A stretch of DNA of 64,000 nt from Lama glama. Lineage: Eukaryota. The translations under genes and the position numbers were made by a program. Positions 48,601-61,900 of this stretch are shown here, piece by piece. Below the pieces are notes generated by a model. The model saw only the letters and a list, made by a program, of their open reading frames with translations. It did not search any database and was not told the origin of the DNA. Position 1 is the stretch's first letter, and every line of letters starts with the position of its first letter. Where the stretch lies: contig CM052817.1 of NCBI GenBank assembly GCA_028534125.1, positions 35,280,001 through 35,344,000 on the forward strand, read 5' to 3'.

Positions 48601-48838
48601 TCCAAGAGTATAAAATAGTTTGTTAAGTGGTATTTCATCAATTTTCTGTCTTTTCTTTTCTGAACCAATAGGTCTTGGCTGTTCAACCATACTTTCTCCA
48701 GAAGGATCAGCTCAGTTTGCTGCTCAGATATTTGGATTAAACAACCATTTGGTATGGGCCAAGCTGCGAGCAAGTGTATTGAACACATGGATTTCCTTGA
48801 AGCAGGCTGACAAGAAAATAAGAGAGGGCAATTTATAA
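30665..48838 (+). CDS. PAICS: Bifunctional SAICAR synthetase / AIR carboxylase (ADE2), complete, 425 aa
   Basis: Exons 30665-30680, 34554-34751, 39353-39531, 40886-41065, 41165-41278, 42119-42202, 43173-43353, 44575-44733 and 48672-48838 sum to 1278 nt. Motifs [66 protein letters not shown]. Confidence 0.98.
31873..32177. mobile_element. MER3/MER33-like hAT-Charlie element
   Basis: Terminal cacatgtggctagtggctaccatattggacagcacag. Confidence 0.65.
33877..33987 (+). mobile_element. tRNA-derived SINE, 5'-truncated
   Basis: tggtagagtgcatgcctagcatgcacgaggtcctaggttc... body and A-rich tail. Confidence 0.8.
34554..34751 (+). CDS. PAICS: PAICS exon 2
   Basis: [17 protein letters not shown]...FQLLQES. 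Confidence 0.96.
38090..38620 (-). mobile_element. Old L1 (L1M-type) 3' fragment
   Basis: gttggacacttgggttgtttcc...tatatacctagaagtggaattgctgggtcatatgg; a degenerate ORF2 C-terminus ([12 protein letters not shown]) on the minus strand. Confidence 0.8.
39353..39531 (+). CDS. PAICS: PAICS exon 3
   Basis: GIKTAFTR...PPKVEMFFK. Confidence 0.96.
40054..40365 (+). mobile_element. L1 3' fragment followed by a tRNA-derived SINE
   Basis: L1 3'UTR-like sequence with poly(A) to ~40224, SINE head from ~40237; three copies of aatccata. Confidence 0.8.
40886..41065 (+). CDS. PAICS: PAICS exon 4
   Basis: [14 protein letters not shown]...NCTLVDMK. Confidence 0.96.
41165..41278 (+). CDS. PAICS: PAICS exon 5
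   Basis: [38 protein letters not shown]. Confidence 0.96.
42119..42202 (+). CDS. PAICS: PAICS exon 6
   Basis: [28 protein letters not shown]. Confidence 0.96.
43173..43353 (+). CDS. PAICS: PAICS exon 7
   Basis: [20 protein letters not shown]...[17 protein letters not shown]. Confidence 0.96.
44575..44733 (+). CDS. PAICS: PAICS exon 8
   Basis: [24 protein letters not shown]...SSLRLPS. Confidence 0.96.
44885..44922 (-). pseudogene. Tailless retrocopy of the 5' half of tRNA-Arg(TCT)
   Basis: Reverse complement ggctctgttgcacaatggacaagcgcgttgggcttcta, flanked by the 18-nt direct repeat tcctgctggattatttta. Confidence 0.75.
48672..48838 (+). CDS. PAICS: PAICS exon 9 (coding part)
   Basis: [23 protein letters not shown]...IREGNL, then TAA. 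Confidence 0.96.
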
Positions 48839-48955
48839 GAAACAACATCATCACATTGTTTAAGAAGAAAAACAGTAAATCTCTGGTTTAGCTGCAGAAA
48901 AAAAAATCAAGACAAAACATTTAAAATCAATCAGAGAAAACAAAATTTATAAGTG

Positions 48956-48961
48956 AATAAA
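48956..48961 (+). terminator. Candidate proximal polyadenylation signal of PAICS
   Basis: AATAAA about 120 nt after the stop codon; further AATAAA hexamers lie downstream. Confidence 0.45.
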
Positions 48962-51900
48962 TGCTTCTAGATTCATCAGTTAGTGAAATATGTGTGTACT
49001 GATATTTCTTTATCAGTAGTGAAATTACTATAAGTACATTTTAAAATTAATCTTTTACTATATGATCATTATTAGGTAGGCAGTATAATTATATTTCTTA
49101 AATGCTAATAACATCTTATAGAGCTCTTAAGTTACTACTGGACTTCCTACATCTCAATCCATAAGTTTTAGAAAGTTAAAATGGTAGTATCTTAGAGAGG
49201 GTAGTTAACAGCAATGTAGTCCTCTTTTATATTATGATCTTTACAAAATTCTAAAGGCACAGTTTATTTTCAGTCAGTATATCAGAAAATGATGTATTTA
49301 TCTCTAGCTATAGATAATGATGATGGTTTTGATTTTACTTTTTTAAGAGAAGCTGAGATTGATGGTAGGGGTAGGAAAGGCATGAAACAAGATGAAGGGC
49401 AATGTGGAAGCCATGGAGAGACTTTTGGGAACTTCTCTGTTGGGTGTCAGGGCAATTTCCAATGGGAAAAAAAGTACAGTCACCTTTGCCATTCCAAATG
49501 AAAGATTTTGTGAATCTGTAGGTCAAAATTCTTTTAATTCTGATTATACATATTTTAGCCAGACTAACAATTCCCAGCCTACCATCATTTTCAGAAACTG
49601 GAATCTTCCATTAATAACCATAACTAGTTTGTTTCTTGTAATAGTATTAAGTCTAGGAGTATGCCCAATAAAATTCACTTCTATAGGAGCAGTTGTTACT
49701 GAGAGGTACACAGTTCATCATGAGTCTGTAAACCATATTTGGAAATCATTGTTATATTATGCAGCCTTGAAGGTTTTATAGATCATTAAACTTTAGTCAG
49801 AGTGCCCATGAGTCCATTAATCTTACGTGTAAAATTTTATGTATATGTTCAATTTTATGAAAAGGGGACAGTTTTTACCAAAAGATCTGTGTCCTCAAAA
49901 ATGTTAAGAATCTGCTGCAGATGAAATCTTGATAAGACTTGCCACTGGCCTGCACTTGTCTACGCCTTTTCACCTCCCTCTCAACTGCTAACAAGCAAGC
50001 ATCTCATCACTTCTTCCACCTGATCTCTGTGGGGTATGACTGATGTAGCTATTCCTTTTTGGGGCTAGACCCCAAGCTGTTCCAGCCTCGGTCACTTCTC
50101 ATATAGTACTCTTTCCCCTTAAATATTGACGTTTCCTAATACTCAGTTCATTGTTTACAAATAGTGGTAGAGTAATCTTAATTCTTTTAGCTAAAACTAG
50201 CATAGTGACTCCCAGCTCTTGTCTGTAGACTTGTTTTTTCAAGTGTCCATTTCCCTGTAAATGCTCCAAAGTTAGTTCATCTTCCACCAAGCCTAAAGCC
50301 GGCTACACGCACTGTCCCAAATACGAAGCTTGTTTTTTATCCTTGATGTTTTTCTCTGACTTTTCATATCTAACTCAACACCAGGTCTTGAATTTACTGT
50401 TTACCCATCCTCTACAAAAACCTCAAGCAAGGGTCAAATTCTATCAGCCTGATCTAGAAAGTCTTCATTCTCAACCCAACCTTTTTGAAGTTGACTGTCC
50501 AAGGACTTACAACATCGACTCTTAAATAAATCTCTTTGCAACACAGACTCCTTTGAACGTATGAATGCCATTGACCCTCTCCCTAGAAAATTACACATAA
50601 AACTTACCAATACATTCCATTGGTTCTTGGGTTCCCTTGAAACTTATGCATTGTAGGTTAAGAATCGCTAATGTAACCCATCAAGGGAACTTGGTTGCCC
50701 CATAACTTTCAGACTGTCACATATCTGTACCTTTAATTCTTAGAATTTCCTCATTTCTGTCATTAATACCTTTGTTAATTACTAGAGCTTCATCTTTTAC
50801 TGTTTCCATGAAACCTTCCCTAATAAACCTTCCTCTAGCTACAATGGCTACAAGGACTTTGTCTGAATTGTGAGTTCCCAAAGGGGAGAAAATACAATTC
50901 TACACTTTATTTCCCTTACATTGTTTATGCTCTGATGTCCTATGCTTAACTGTCTGCCAGAAGTGGGGGAATTATAAAAATCATGTACTGTTTAATTTTC
51001 TATCTTAATTTTAGATTACAAGAACAGTTAAAAAGATTTGATTTTAACATTTCTGAACTTTGGTTTCATGGTCTCTGAATAGTCAATGGCTGACATTTCA
51101 GCTCTTCTATTCCTACCTAGCAAAAGATTCACCTATTTCTGTGCAGTACATAAAAATTTCAAATGTTGATTTAGACTGGTGGATAGGACTGACTTTTATC
51201 AATGATCATTATTTCACTATTAGTTTCTTAATATTGAGTGCATATATCCTCAGTAGTACAGTTCATCAGTGCTAAAGTAAATACTTGTTTAAAAGTATTT
51301 TGACTGTGTTACAAAAAGTAACTTAAACCTCTTTGGAAGTTTATACTTTCTATGGGCTTGTCGTTAAACTTAAAAAGAGGAGAAAAAATTGTGTCCAAAT
51401 AATGTGGTTCTTAAACTTCATATCTTAAAGCCACATTCAGAATTGCTGTTAACTTTAATGCCTTCTGAAATTTAAACAATGCAGCCAAATAAAAGATAAA
51501 GATAAGCTCTATGTGAAGCTTTATTCTTTCATCCCTATGTGAAATACGTTTTACCTGATTTTATTCTAGGCTCTAGGAAAGCAACACTGAACAAAGACAA
51601 GGCCCTCACCCTTCCAAAATGTACTTTTGATTGGAGATGACAAACCATAAAAGATAAACTGGATAGATTCAGGGAAGTCTAAGTGCATGTGAGTAATAAC
51701 CGAGGTGAGAGGAAAGTGATGGGGTTAGGGGATGGTTTTTGAGGAGAGCAGGCAATGATGTGAAAGAGCAAGCCATGAAAAGATACAGGGAAATAGTTTT
51801 CCAGACTAAGGGAACAAAGTAAAACAGCTTTGCCTTTTTGAGGACCTGGAAACATGCCAGTATTGCTGGAGCTCTGTGAGCAAGGGTACAAGTGGAAGGA

Positions 51901-54900
51901 GATGCTGAGGTAAGCAATGGCTGATCACTTAGGGTCTGTGGACCACACTGAAGTGTGACAGAAAAACAGCTGGGAAGCTTGAGCAGGGGAATGACATGAT
52001 GTATTCAACATATTTTATAGTATTCTCTGGCTATTGTATGGACTAGAAGAGAAGCAAAGAGACTGGTTAAGAGGCTACTGTAGCCCAGTTGAGAGATGTG
52101 ATCTTCGCCAAGTTACTTAAAGAATTTTTGTGCCTCAATTTCCTCATGTGTAAAGTGGGACTAATATTACCTACCTCATGGTGGTTGTGAGGATTTTATG
52201 AGACAGCGTATAGAAAGCATATCCCAGCATGTGACTGCATTATATAAAAATCCATTTGGCAGACTGTACAGTATACAATGAGTAGAATGAATTCCATGAA
52301 AACTTCCTTGAATTTGATAATCCCTTCAGCTGATTTAATTTCTGAAAATAGCAAAGGTAAAAAGGGCAGAGAGTCAGCATAACGTGACTTAAATAAAGCA
52401 TTATGCGCCATGGAACATCCACAGTCTCCCTGCCCTCTTCAGCACAGCAGTCCTCGGAAAGACAATGGAAACACTTTTTTTCCTTAAAGGGGCACTGGGG
52501 CATGCCAAGCACACGCCCTGCCACCGAGCTATAACCCCCACCCTCGAAACGCTTGCTTTTGATGGCTGTTTTTTGCCTTTAACTTCCCGCAACCTCAAAC
52601 ACTTGGGGGGGTGGTGTTAACCTAGCATTGTGGTACAGTGAAACTAGCAGTAGAATGGAAATTAAAAGGTTCCCTTGGGCACATTTTGAGCTTCAGTTCC
52701 CATTTATTAAGTGGGACTAAATTATTTCTTCTGCCTGCCTCACAGAGTGGTTAAAATGGTAAGATATTGTATATGGGAGCTTCTCAGAAATGATAAGTAG
52801 CTAAATCCATTATGGTACATTTTTGAGTACCTACTGTGTGCAAGACCCTAGGGATGCAACAATGAACAAGGTCCCATTTCTGCCCTCAGTTTTGGAGTCT
52901 TCTGGGGCAGACAATTTCAAAATACTACATTATCTTCATATGGAATAAAGGACAGGGTATTCTGAGTACAACAGGAGGGGGAGATCTAAAGAACAAGTGT
53001 ATGCTGTGAGTGAAAAGGGGGGACTCCAACCCCTGCGCTCTATTCTCAATCCCTCTTACCTTTCCTTAATTTTCTTCACAGAATTTATTACCACCAAACT
53101 ATGTATTTGTTTATTGCCTCTCTCTCTCAGCTAAAAACTAAATTCCATGAGTACACGGGGTTGTCTTTATGTTGGTAATTGTAAACCTAGCAACTAGTAT
53201 AATGTCTGACACTGGTACTTCCAAGGAACTCAAATATTTGTTGAATGAATATGTGTGCAAATTCCCATAGATATGGCAACATGGAACCACACATAACTAA
53301 ATCTTAGAGACATATCACAAGCAAGGGGAGGAGGGAGTAACAAAAGACCTATGTAGGTCAGGGAGGCGGCAAGCAGAAGCCAGATCACAAAACATGTTAG
53401 ATTTTGTTGTTTGGATTTTAGCCTGAAGGTAGAAAAGTAACATCAAGTATATACTTAAAAACATTCACTCTGGTTTGGAAGACCCCTGTTTCAGAAATGG
53501 TAGATTAAAGCCATACATTTTAATTTATATCCTGTTTGCCACAAAACACCACTAAAAATGACAGAAGAAACAGAAACATAGGAATCCACAGGAGAAGAAT
53601 TCTGAGGAAATTTCTAGAAGCTACAAAGTATATGGAATCAGACTGATACGGAAACCAAAATTGTGAATCCTTACATAACATCAATGTTCTGAAAATTTAG
53701 AAAAGCACTACTAAGGCAGTGGTTCTCAATAACCTTTGTGTGTGTTGTGGTTGGGGTGGGGAGTTGGCATAAACACTTGATGAGAATCTGATGGAAGCTA
53801 CAAAACCTTTCCTCAGAAAAATTCCCATAGTTTTGGGATTACCAAATTTCATCCAGAACTCCCTTAACCCTCTCTGAAATCCAGGTATGATTGGCTTGAA
53901 ATATGTGACAGTTCCACAGCAAGTAAAAGTCCACAGTTCTTCTCATCATGTTTACTAATGCACAGAGATTATATCCTCCCGAGCTAGAGTTCACTCAACC
54001 ATTAGTGCTGTTTTGGCACTGTACATATTAACCAGACGTGAAATGTGCCAGGCACCATACGATATAACCATGAGCTGAACATAGTTACTGCCCTCAAAGA
54101 ACTTACAGATTAGGGGAGAAATAAGCAAAAACTCATTCAGTTAAAAAGTTGAGTACCAACTATATGCCAGGCAGTGTGCTAGATCCTAGAGATACTGGGG
54201 TGATACAAGGCAGATACAGTCCTTGGCCTCATGGAAATTACAGTCCATGTGGAGAGAGATAGGCCCTAATTAAGAGTAGTACTCAGAAGTAGAGAGCCCC
54301 ATAAGAGAGTGTAATGGGGAACCTTGCGTAGTAGGCAGTCGAAGAAGTAACTTTTAACCTGGAACCAGGATACAGAAATATTTAAAGGATGAAAGGGAGT
54401 TAGCTAGGTTGCTGGGAAACAGAGGAAGGGGGAAGTGGCAGGAGTTGGTAGGATTGTGAAAAGAAATGAGTCTGCAGAGTAGGCGTTCAATAAAACGTCC
54501 TGTCATTCTCATCAAGAGTTCTGACATTCAAACATAGTTTGGTGTTTAAGATCTTACAAAAATTCTAAACCCCCATGTCTATGTGTTACCTGAGTGCTTA
54601 CTATGCCAGGATGCATGGATTATCTTCTATCCCTAGAACAATTATATATTATCTCTATTTTACAGTCGAGAAAACTGGGACTCTGATAACACTTTCAGTC
54701 AGATCTCCACTGAGTCAGTCGCAAAGCCAGGAACTGAAACTGGGAATTCTCACCCCAAAGAATGCCCTGAACTGGAGCCCAAAGGGCAGCCGAGGAGTTC
54801 TCACCAAACATGCTTTGCACTTGAAGATTCTTTTCTTCTTCTGTGCCTTTTCTCATATTCGCGTCTCTGCCAGAACTTTACCCAGAACCAACCCCAGGTT

Positions 54901-55049
54901 TTCCTAATCACCTATCAAAATCCCCTTCAAATACCAATTACTCTACTAAGTTTCCCCAAACAGCAAGAAGCCGTTGCTCTCCCCTTCTCCTTCAAACGAC
55001 TCTCTACTGTTTCCAGTTGGTATTTAGCACCCCGTAGACCTTTTTTCTT

Positions 55050-55980
55050 CCACAGACTGTCGCCCAGCTCCTCCTCGAGGGACCAGCACACTGGTTCGCC
55101 GCAGCGGTCGCCCTGGAAACACACGCTGCTTTGAGCCGAATCTGTGCTGAATCCTTTCTCGACCACTTCCTGGGGTCCGACGCCTCGTTCCTCCAAACCC
55201 GTTTCAAATAAGGTATGTCGACTCTATCTATGCAAACTTGTACCTACGAGAGCTAAGACTGAGGTGTCTGACACTGACTCTGGGACAAAGACGCTTCCGA
55301 CTCGAAACGCTTAGCAACCACCGGCTTCCTCCTCCGCTTGGCCACCTCCGAGATCCTCTTCCGGGGCACAGGTCGCCCCGCCCCTCCCCTCGTCTCCTCC
55401 AAGATGGCGAGCAGCGGCAGTGGGGGTGTTTCGGTGCCTGCGCTCTGGAGTGAGGTGAACCGTTATGGCCAGAACGGCGACTTCACGCGCGCTCTCAAAA
55501 CCATCAACAAAAGTAGGTGTCTGGGCGGGCGCCGGGGCGGGGGCGGGCCCGGGCGGGTGGGAGGATGCGGCCTCCTTCCAGCGCGCGCGACCGCCTCCGA
55601 ACAGGCGCGGGACGGGAGACCCCAGCCGTCCGGCGCTAGGGCCCGAACGCCCAGCGGCACAGGTCGCAGCCCCTCTGCTGCTTCTGGCCAGCCCTGGGTC
55701 CTGGGTGGCTTAGAGCCACGTGGACTTTCCTCTTTACCCACCGCGGGAAGCGAGGGAGGGATTTAAAGAGCCCGCAGCGTCCTGCGCTTCAAACTGTTTC
55801 TTATTTAACTCCTCTGTTTTTACGCCTTATTTCGCAAATACTCCGCGGTATCTCCTTTTCTTCGCCCTTTTAACGGAGCGATCGAGACAGTATTGCTGAG
55901 GGAGCTTTTTCTCTTGCGCCTCAGCGCGGGGAGGAACCTGCTTGGGACACGTAGTTTGAAAGCTGATGCTGACGAGGTGG
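55050..55980 (+). promoter_or_regulatory. SRP72 CpG-island promoter
   Basis: CpG-rich around exon 1; YY1-like AAGATGGCG overlaps the start codon; GC boxes in intron 1. Confidence 0.85.
55404..55512 (+). CDS. SRP72: SRP72 exon 1 (coding part)
   Basis: MASSGSGGVSVPALWSEVNRYGQNGDFTRALKTINK. Confidence 0.95.
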
Positions 55981-58900
55981 AACTTAAGGGTAGAGGGAAG
56001 GGCTAGATCTGGGTATCAGGCCTGTCATTCCCACAGGTAGACTCTGCCTGGTGTCTTCAGACGAGAAAAATGTGTGAAAGCACCGACGTTTGAAATAACG
56101 TTGAAAAGAGCAAAAATTTATCCTGTTTTTTGCCCAGTAACTGATCATTTCGAGTAAAGAGTAAACTATCTTCAGTGTAATGTTCAACTCAGTATATTCT
56201 TTTATCCTTTGCTACGTAACTGTAATGTGGCCATGTCTTTTAATGCTCCCTGTCGTGCTAAATTCTTTACTGAAGATTTTGTCTGTAATTGTTAGATTTG
56301 GAAATGTAATTACCAGGCAGGGTTTGGCTGTTCAAAACAGTAATAGCATACAAGGTGTATCTGTAACATACAAGTATGAATTTTCAACAACCTATGGCTG
56401 GGTTAATGTGAAAAGAAGTGATTGTGCCCACAGTGCACATTTGGTGATTTCAGACATTGAGGAAAATAGCTACTAATTAGAATTATTTGATTCTTAAACT
56501 TGTTTTGAATTAACTTTGGCATTTGAGTGGACCTGCCACCAGTACTACTCAGCGATGTAAGTATTTTGCAGGAATTCTTTAATTAGCAAGGGCTGTCAGT
56601 TTATTCATATATATTATATTCTTAATTGGCAGAAGTAATTTTGATTCTTAGACTGAGAAGTGAATTCCTGTAGTTGCCCAGGAGCAGGAGGAGTGATCCT
56701 GGTCGTTTTGACACTGAACAGCTGTTCAGCATTGAAACTTGACCACCTGAGCCCTTCCTTATACCTCTCTTTAGTTATCTTAGGTGAAAAGGAAAATTTT
56801 GAATGGTTTTTGGAAATACTGCCAGCAAGATAAGTTGTTTGTATACTTTACAGCTTATAGATTTTTCCAAAATATTGTCATTTAATCTTAGTTACTTTGC
56901 AAAATAGGTAATGCTTTAATACTCATTTTATGAATCAGAAAATTGAGATTTGGCAGTCAGGTGACTTGTCTAAGACCTCAAGGCATATAGTGACAAGCCT
57001 GTACTCAATCCTAAGTCATTTGCTTCCAAGTTCTACGGGAACTGTTTTCTTTCTCTGTGAAGTAATGAAATATGTAGGATGTAGCATGCGTCTCAAGATG
57101 GAAAAAGCTATAGAAAACAGCTTCATTCTTGCTTATTTATTTCACTTAATTTTTTTGGTACATGCATGTTGGGAATCTATCTCATTGAAAAGTCTAACTT
57201 ACTAAATTATAACTCTCCTTGTTGCCACTTCTTAAGTTAAAAGCAAAGAATAGCCATTTCAAAAAATGTTCTGACTGATCATTTCTGCTGCCATGAAATT
57301 GGAAATGTAGCTTCCTGCGTCAGGAAGTGAAAAATTTTAGTAAAAATATGGGAAGGGAATGGATTTTAAAATTGCTTTCCTAAATTTGCTCTCTAGTACT
57401 ACAGATAAACAAGGATGATGTAACTGCCTTACACTGTAAAGTGGTATGCCTTATCCAGAATGGAAGTTTCAAGGAAGCCTTGAATGTCATCAATACTCAC
57501 ACCAAAGTGTTAGCCAAGTAAGTGATTTAATTAGTTTTTTTGTGCAGTTATCAGACACGTTTACCGTAGCTATAACCATTTCCATGTTTTTTTCCTCTAC
57601 TAGTCAGTAATTTTTGACCTTTTTCTTTCCTTCCTTCATTTTTCCTTTTGCTTGCTGGTAGTGTTCCTGAAAGTGGAAGAAGTAATAGTAACTTTTGTTC
57701 TTTTCTGCCTTAAGGAGGCTTTTCTTTACTCTGTCTTCCCTTTGAACCATTCAGAAGAAGGTAAACTGTGGAGGGATTTGGGGGCATAAACAAGAGTAAC
57801 AAGAGTTCTTAGAGGACATAAGGAGAACACCCCAACGGAAGTTTCATTAAAAAAAAAAAAAGGCAGAGAATGCAGGACATCTAGGGCAGGGATGTATGAA
57901 TAGAGGCCTCTAGGATGGCACGGCAGTCTTAGCCTGACTTTTGTGCCTACCTCCTTTGAGAATTGTTTAGGTGAGTGTGATTTTAGACCAAGATCTTTTA
58001 GTATCAGAGTTCTTTAGCAGTCTTTAGAATATATAGCAGTTTTTGTTGTTGTTGTTAATCTTTTTCATTTATTTCTTTCAATTGCCATTTTATGAAATGT
58101 GAACTTATATTCTGAATTGTTACTGTAATTTCATTTTTCTTTACAGTTATGCCTAAGCCCCAAAAGAAATGTGTATTGAAATGAAGTTTGCAGCATATTT
58201 ATTCTTTAATATTTGTAAGGTACAGAACAGTGTATCCTATACTTCCTTTTGTATAAGAAAAGGAGGATATAAGAATTTCTACGTGTGTTTTTTTTTGTTT
58301 GTTTTTGCAAAGACAAACACTAGATGGAGAAACAATGAATAAAGATAGTCACAGGAGGTGAGGAGACTACGGTAGATTTGAATAATGGAGTAAAACCTTT
58401 CAGTGTATACCTTTTTGTAGGGGCAAATGCATGTATTATAGATAAAAACTAATTTTTGAACATTATTAAAAATAAAAGGATAATAAACAGGACACTGCTT
58501 TTTACTAGTAAACATGTTTATGCTAAAATTCAGTATTTTGAATTTTGGCCATTTTGTGACATAGGGAAATTTTAAAATAATTTTTTGTTAGTCAAGTAAA
58601 TAAAAGATACTGCCATTTGCTTTGATAATTATTTTTCCTCATGAATTATGGTTGAAACTTCAAAATGAGTTTCATATGGGACACCAACGTGGATGAATTT
58701 TTAAGTCTATATATGTAAGTAGTGTTTTTGTAGTTGTGTGTTTACCAGTTTGGTTATAAGTACTATGTTCTTTTAAGATTTCTAGTTACTTTTTCTTTGC
58801 TAATTATTTGCATCTTGAGCAAGTTAAAAGCATTATATGGCTTATTACTTGATTAATAGATTTAAGAAACTAATATAACAACCCATTCAAAACAATGTTC

Positions 58901-61900
58901 TGATTGCCTTTGTGTCTAAAACAGTTATTTAACTGATTCATGATTTCATTCTTATATATTTGTTTCAAAAGGTCAATAATTCTAGTAAGAATATCCATGA
59001 AAGCAAGAGAGCCTAGGGAAATGGATGTAGTATTTTCTGTCACTTATGAGGCATCTGATTTTCAGAAAAGTCACTAACCTTTGTCATCTGTTGTTAATGG
59101 GGATTAAATAACTAAATATGTATCAGATGTACTTAGAGCAATATCTAGCATATGTTGGTGCTCTGCATTGTTAGCTAATAATCAGATATTGATTTTTCCT
59201 TTTTCAGTAACTCTCTTTCCTTTGAGAAGGCATATTGTGAGTACAGGCTAAACAGAATTGAGAATGCCTTGAAGACAATAGAAAGTGCCAACCAGCAGAC
59301 AGACAAACTAAAGGAGCTTTATGGACAAGTGGTAATTACTGCTTTAAAATCCCTGTTGACAATCATCCTGAGTAAGCATGACACTACCTATGGTAGGGAG
59401 CAGAGATGTGGAACCGCAGCCCATCCTGATGCTCCATAAACCAGTTCTTGGGGTTTGAACATATTCCCTCTTCTTAATCTTCATTTGAACAATTGCATAT
59501 ACCGTGTTCTATGAACAAATGACTTTCTCAAGGTAATTTAAAAATTGAGAACTATTCTATAAAATTTGGACATTTTAGTTGGAAAGATGAAGGCTAGTAA
59601 GCTTATATATTTACACAGTTTTGAAATAGTACTTCTAGTTTTTAGCTGGTGTTTTTTCTAGGTTTAAAATTAAAAAAAATCATGATGACTAAGAATTTGG
59701 CTAAATTCAGATAGTTCATGGAATCCCTGGAAATAGCTTATTCTAAAGGAGTTTTGAGACATGCAATTAAGCCTACTGTAAAATAGGGCTATTTATGATG
59801 AGAGGGCAAAAGTGTTACATTAAAACTAGCAAAACCCTCTTAAAATTTTTTAAAATGTCAACAACAATAATACAGCAATGTTATATTGAGTGTATTGTTC
59901 CTAAAAGGTAGTGTGAATTTAACAAAGATTAAGGCAAATTTATGGATTGTAGATCTGAAAAGAATTCCTGTAAGCTGGGTTGGCTTAAATTCCAGCATTT
60001 TGAGACTGATGAAGGTCACCTGTCTCTGTCATACATGGTAGACTAATTGACCTGGAGTGGCAGTTCTTAATGCCCTGTGAGAACAATTTGAATGAAAAAA
60101 GCAAGAATTATGGTATGTATACTTGATACTACCTTATCAAGGGGTGATTGTTGGTTTCTGGGAAAGAGAAATGAAGATTGAGTATAATGATCTCCTAGGA
60201 AATATTAAGTCCTTTTGTTAACATCTGGTTTAGTTCCTGTTTATCAAGACATAGTAATCCTGTGGGAAATTTTTCTTGTTGTAAGTCAGATTTAAGTAAC
60301 AGGGTTAGTTTCTACGGAATGGTTTTCTTTCACAACACACTTAGGCACTTAACCTAACCTCGAGATGGAGACAGTACAATAGCTTTTCTAGCTGGATCAT
60401 GCCTACAAGTATGCAATATAATAGGGATTCATTGCAAGTAACTTTTCAAAAGTATTAGTAGCATACAGAACTAATTGAAAAATTATAACAGAAAAACAGT
60501 TGATTGTCCATGTTATGCTGAATTAGGTTTCTTATGTAGTGGTTCCAGAAAGGGTTTGTATGGTGTTAGGGATGTAACAACAGTATTTGTCTTCTCTGAT
60601 TTTTTGCTTGCTGTTTATCTCTCAGTTATACCGGTTAGAACGCTATGATGAGTGCCTAGCTGTGTATAGAGATCTTGTCCGAAACTCCCAGGACGATTAT
60701 GATGAGGAGAGAAAAACAAACCTTTCAGCAGTTGTTGCAGCTCAAAGCAACTGGGAAAAAGTGGTTCCAGTGAGTATCCGTGTGTACCCACACAGCCATG
60801 AAATAATATTTCTGTCTAGTGTTTGACTGGTTTTTGCTCTGTGGCAGGAGAACTTGGGCCTCCAGGAAGGCACACACGAACTGTGCTACAATGCTGCATG
60901 TGCATTGATAGGACAAGGCCAGCTGAACCAGGCAATGAAAATCCTACAAAAAGCTGAAGGTTGGAAGTTTGTTAAAATTACATGTAAATGTAATATGCAT
61001 ATAACTTTGCGAAATATTTTCAAACATCACATTTGACTTTTGGGAAGTTTTGTTTTGTTTTTTGTTTTTTAAAACTTTATTGTATAATCTCTGTACAGTA
61101 AACTACACATATTTCAGATGTACAATTTGATGAATTTTGATAGCTGTATATACCTATGAAACCACCACCACAATCAAGATACCTAACATTTCCATCTCTC
61201 CGACTTTTGGGGAGTTTTTAAATGGAAATTATTGACGCAGTGGGAATTTCCCAAAGTCCATCTAGCGTTTGTCTTGGGTTCTGGACTGTATCTCTCCTCT
61301 CTTGCTGTCTAATCCCTAAGCCAGTCTATTTACCCATTTTCAACCACACCAAACCTTAAGTTTGAACTTTAATGAGTAGGTTTTTAAACAGATAACTTTG
61401 ACTGTTAAATGTAAATCAAGTGAGTTAATAAGCATTTGGTAAATATTATCATTATTGTTACTAAACACACAAGTATGTAATAATATGATTTGCCTGTGTG
61501 TGCACGTCTGCACACACACTACATTTATTCATTGATAACACTTTTCAAGCACATTTTAAGTTCATTTAGTATGTTTCCATATACAATATCTACATGCTTT
61601 GAAGCTCTTAATTAAGAGAAAAAATAATTTTTTAGAGGGCTTATGTCTGGTCTCAACTCCTGAAACATCATTTAGACTTTCTTCTTTTCCTTGGAAGCTG
61701 TAAAAGTGATGTAGGGACTGCAGTGAATGATGGGGAGGAAAAAAGGGTGAAACAAGATCTGTTTTATTTTTAAATTTTGATGGTTAAAATAAGAGCAGAG
61801 GTTAGAGCATAATGAGAAGAAAAATATGTTTGGGAGTTACAATGTCTGGATCATACCCAGTGTTGACAGTGGCATGGGAGAAGGCTAGCCTCATACAGTG

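Noticed and set aside
55523..55561. G-run cluster (potential G-quadruplex) at the start of SRP72 intron 1
   Set aside because: Common at the 5' ends of first introns in CpG islands.
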